Below, in pieces: positions 36,330-37,388 of a stretch of DNA of 37,388 nt. The notes under the pieces were generated by a model that saw only the letters and a list, made by a program, of their open reading frames with translations, was not told the DNA's origin and did no database searches. A program made the position numbers and the translations under genes. The stretch is from Erysipelotrichaceae bacterium. GTDB lineage: Bacteria > Bacillota_I > Bacilli_A > RFN20 > CAG-826. How positions within the stretch are numbered: the first letter of the stretch is position 1; each line of letters opens with the position of its first letter. Location of the stretch: positions 1 to 37,388 of the forward strand of contig JAISVG010000033.1 of assembly GCA_031271635.1 (NCBI GenBank). The letters are read 5' to 3'.

Positions 36330-37388
36330 ATGACTGCTTCAACTCCCTTAATAATTGTTACTGCAGTCGTTATTGTTTTAGCGTTAACGCTGCTTTTTTT
36401 AGTAAATCAGCCATTAAGAAAACGCGTCGGCTCTTTTTTTGGGTTTAGTATCGAAAATGATTATCTACTACACATCAAAACTGATGAAGAATTAGCAGTT
36501 CTTAAGAAGAAACAGGAACAAGACACTAAAAAACAGTTCACCAGAACACAAAGAATTGCCAAAAACGGACTGTGGTCTTTCATTCAGATGTTTACAACAT
36601 CACTGCTTTCTTTTATTGTGCGGACGATGGCGATTTATTATTTTACATCGCAAATCTTCGGGATTAGTAGTACTTTAGGAAGTTACATTACGATTGTAAA
36701 TATGATTGAATTTGGAATAACTGGATCCTTTACATATCGTCTTTCCAAAGCCTATCACGATAAAGATATTGAAAAAGCCACGATTATTACCCAGGCCATT
36801 CGGCGTTTTAATTTTGTGTTCTTTTTAATTGCCTTAGGTCTTGGAATAATCCTTAGTTTTCTTTTACCGGTTTTGATTTATGAGTGGAATCAAGATTCGT
36901 TACCAATTAGTCAAACTGGAATATATATTTTGTTTTTTATTCTTCTTATTCCGAAAATACTACATTTTTTAACCAACAACAATCATTTACTGATTTATAT
37001 TGACGAAAAAAGCCGCGTGGTGGCGAGGTATAGTATCGTTATTGGGGTAATTTGTCACCTGCTACAAATTGCCTCCTTCTTTATTTTTAAAGACGCTCCA
37101 ATTGAAAGTCAACTTTATATCTATTTTGGTTTAATGATGGTGATGACAATTAGCACCTATATTGTTTCGTTTTGGTATTCAAGGAAACACTATAAGGTGT
37201 ATTATCAACACACGAAAGCCAAACTTAGCGAGAAAGAATCACGGTTTTTACAACGAGATATTAGTACTTCCTTTACTAATAAAGCATTTAAAATGCTGCA
37301 TGATTTCTTTGTTACTTTTTGCCGTTCAACACTAGTTCTTTCTTTAGTGATTGGGGCCTTTGATACTTATAGCTACATTATTACTCTC
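36330..37388 (+). CDS. Wzx/MOP-family polysaccharide flippase (partial, runs off the window)
   Basis: Not in the ORF track. ATG at 36330 with the frame open for 353 codons. TRTQRIAKNGLWSFIQMFTTSLLSFIVRTMAIYYF...MIEFGITGSFTYRLSKAYHDKD resembles flippase N-termini. Confidence 0.72.
   Translation, partial: MTASTPLIIVTAVVIVLALTLLFLVNQPLRKRVGSFFGFSIENDYLLHIKTDEELAVLKKKQEQDTKKQFTRTQRIAKNGLWSFIQMFTTSLLSFIVRTMAIYYFTSQIFGISSTLGSYITIVNMIEFGITGSFTYRLSKAYHDKDIEKATIITQAIRRFNFVFFLIALGLGIILSFLLPVLIYEWNQDSLPISQTGIYILFFILLIPKILHFLTNNNHLLIYIDEKSRVVARYSIVIGVICHLLQIASFFIFKDAPIESQLYIYFGLMMVMTISTYIVSFWYSRKHYKVYYQHTKAKLSEKESRFLQRDISTSFTNKAFKMLHDFFVTFCRSTLVLSLVIGAFDTYSYIITL

Noticed and set aside
1622-36448. Short antisense or alternate-frame ORFs in the track (e.g. 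1622-1969, 2151-2591, 7483-7863, 20890-21213, 33943-34248, 36176-36448)
   Set aside because: They overlap well-supported genes and show no recognisable motifs, so they are treated as shadow ORFs.
36479-36503. Third copy of the AACTG...AGCAGTT terminator-like stem
   Set aside because: It is imperfect and lies inside the flippase reading frame.

Overview
This is the chromosomal replication-origin region of a low-GC Firmicutes/Bacilli-like bacterium with a streamlined gene order. It uses genetic code 11 (TGA is a stop, TGG is Trp); membership of an uncultured Mollicute-related Bacilli lineage is only an inference. On the minus strand lie dnaA-dnaN-yaaA-gyrB-gyrA-serS and a partial sigma-70-like gene. 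On the plus strand lie rpmH-rnpA-yidC-jag-mnmE-tatD-rnmV-rsmA. These are followed by an acyltransferase, a P-type ATPase-TetR-Fe-ADH-membrane protein cluster, mscL, two Ig-domain lipoproteins, a double-CIRCE hsp20, a Fic pseudogene, mscS, glycan genes (RmlD-like, GT2, glf, wzx), rpmE, SRP RNA, tadA and an MFS transporter. The origin appears bipartite: a TTTTCCACA DnaA-box cluster upstream of dnaA and a Bacillus-type unwinding module between dnaA and dnaN. Points worth a second look: apparently leaderless architecture at about seven genes including dnaA; an in-frame TAA in gyrA (most likely a sequence error); three quinolone-pocket substitutions in gyrase; an altered DnaA recognition helix; a surface CBM-like gene inserted between rpmH and dnaA; a large lipoprotein YidC; and a P-type ATPase and an M50-like protein lacking key residues. 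I saw no CRISPR array, tRNA, rRNA or transposase, and no clear-cut novel multi-gene system. All product calls come from motif recognition by eye, without database searches.
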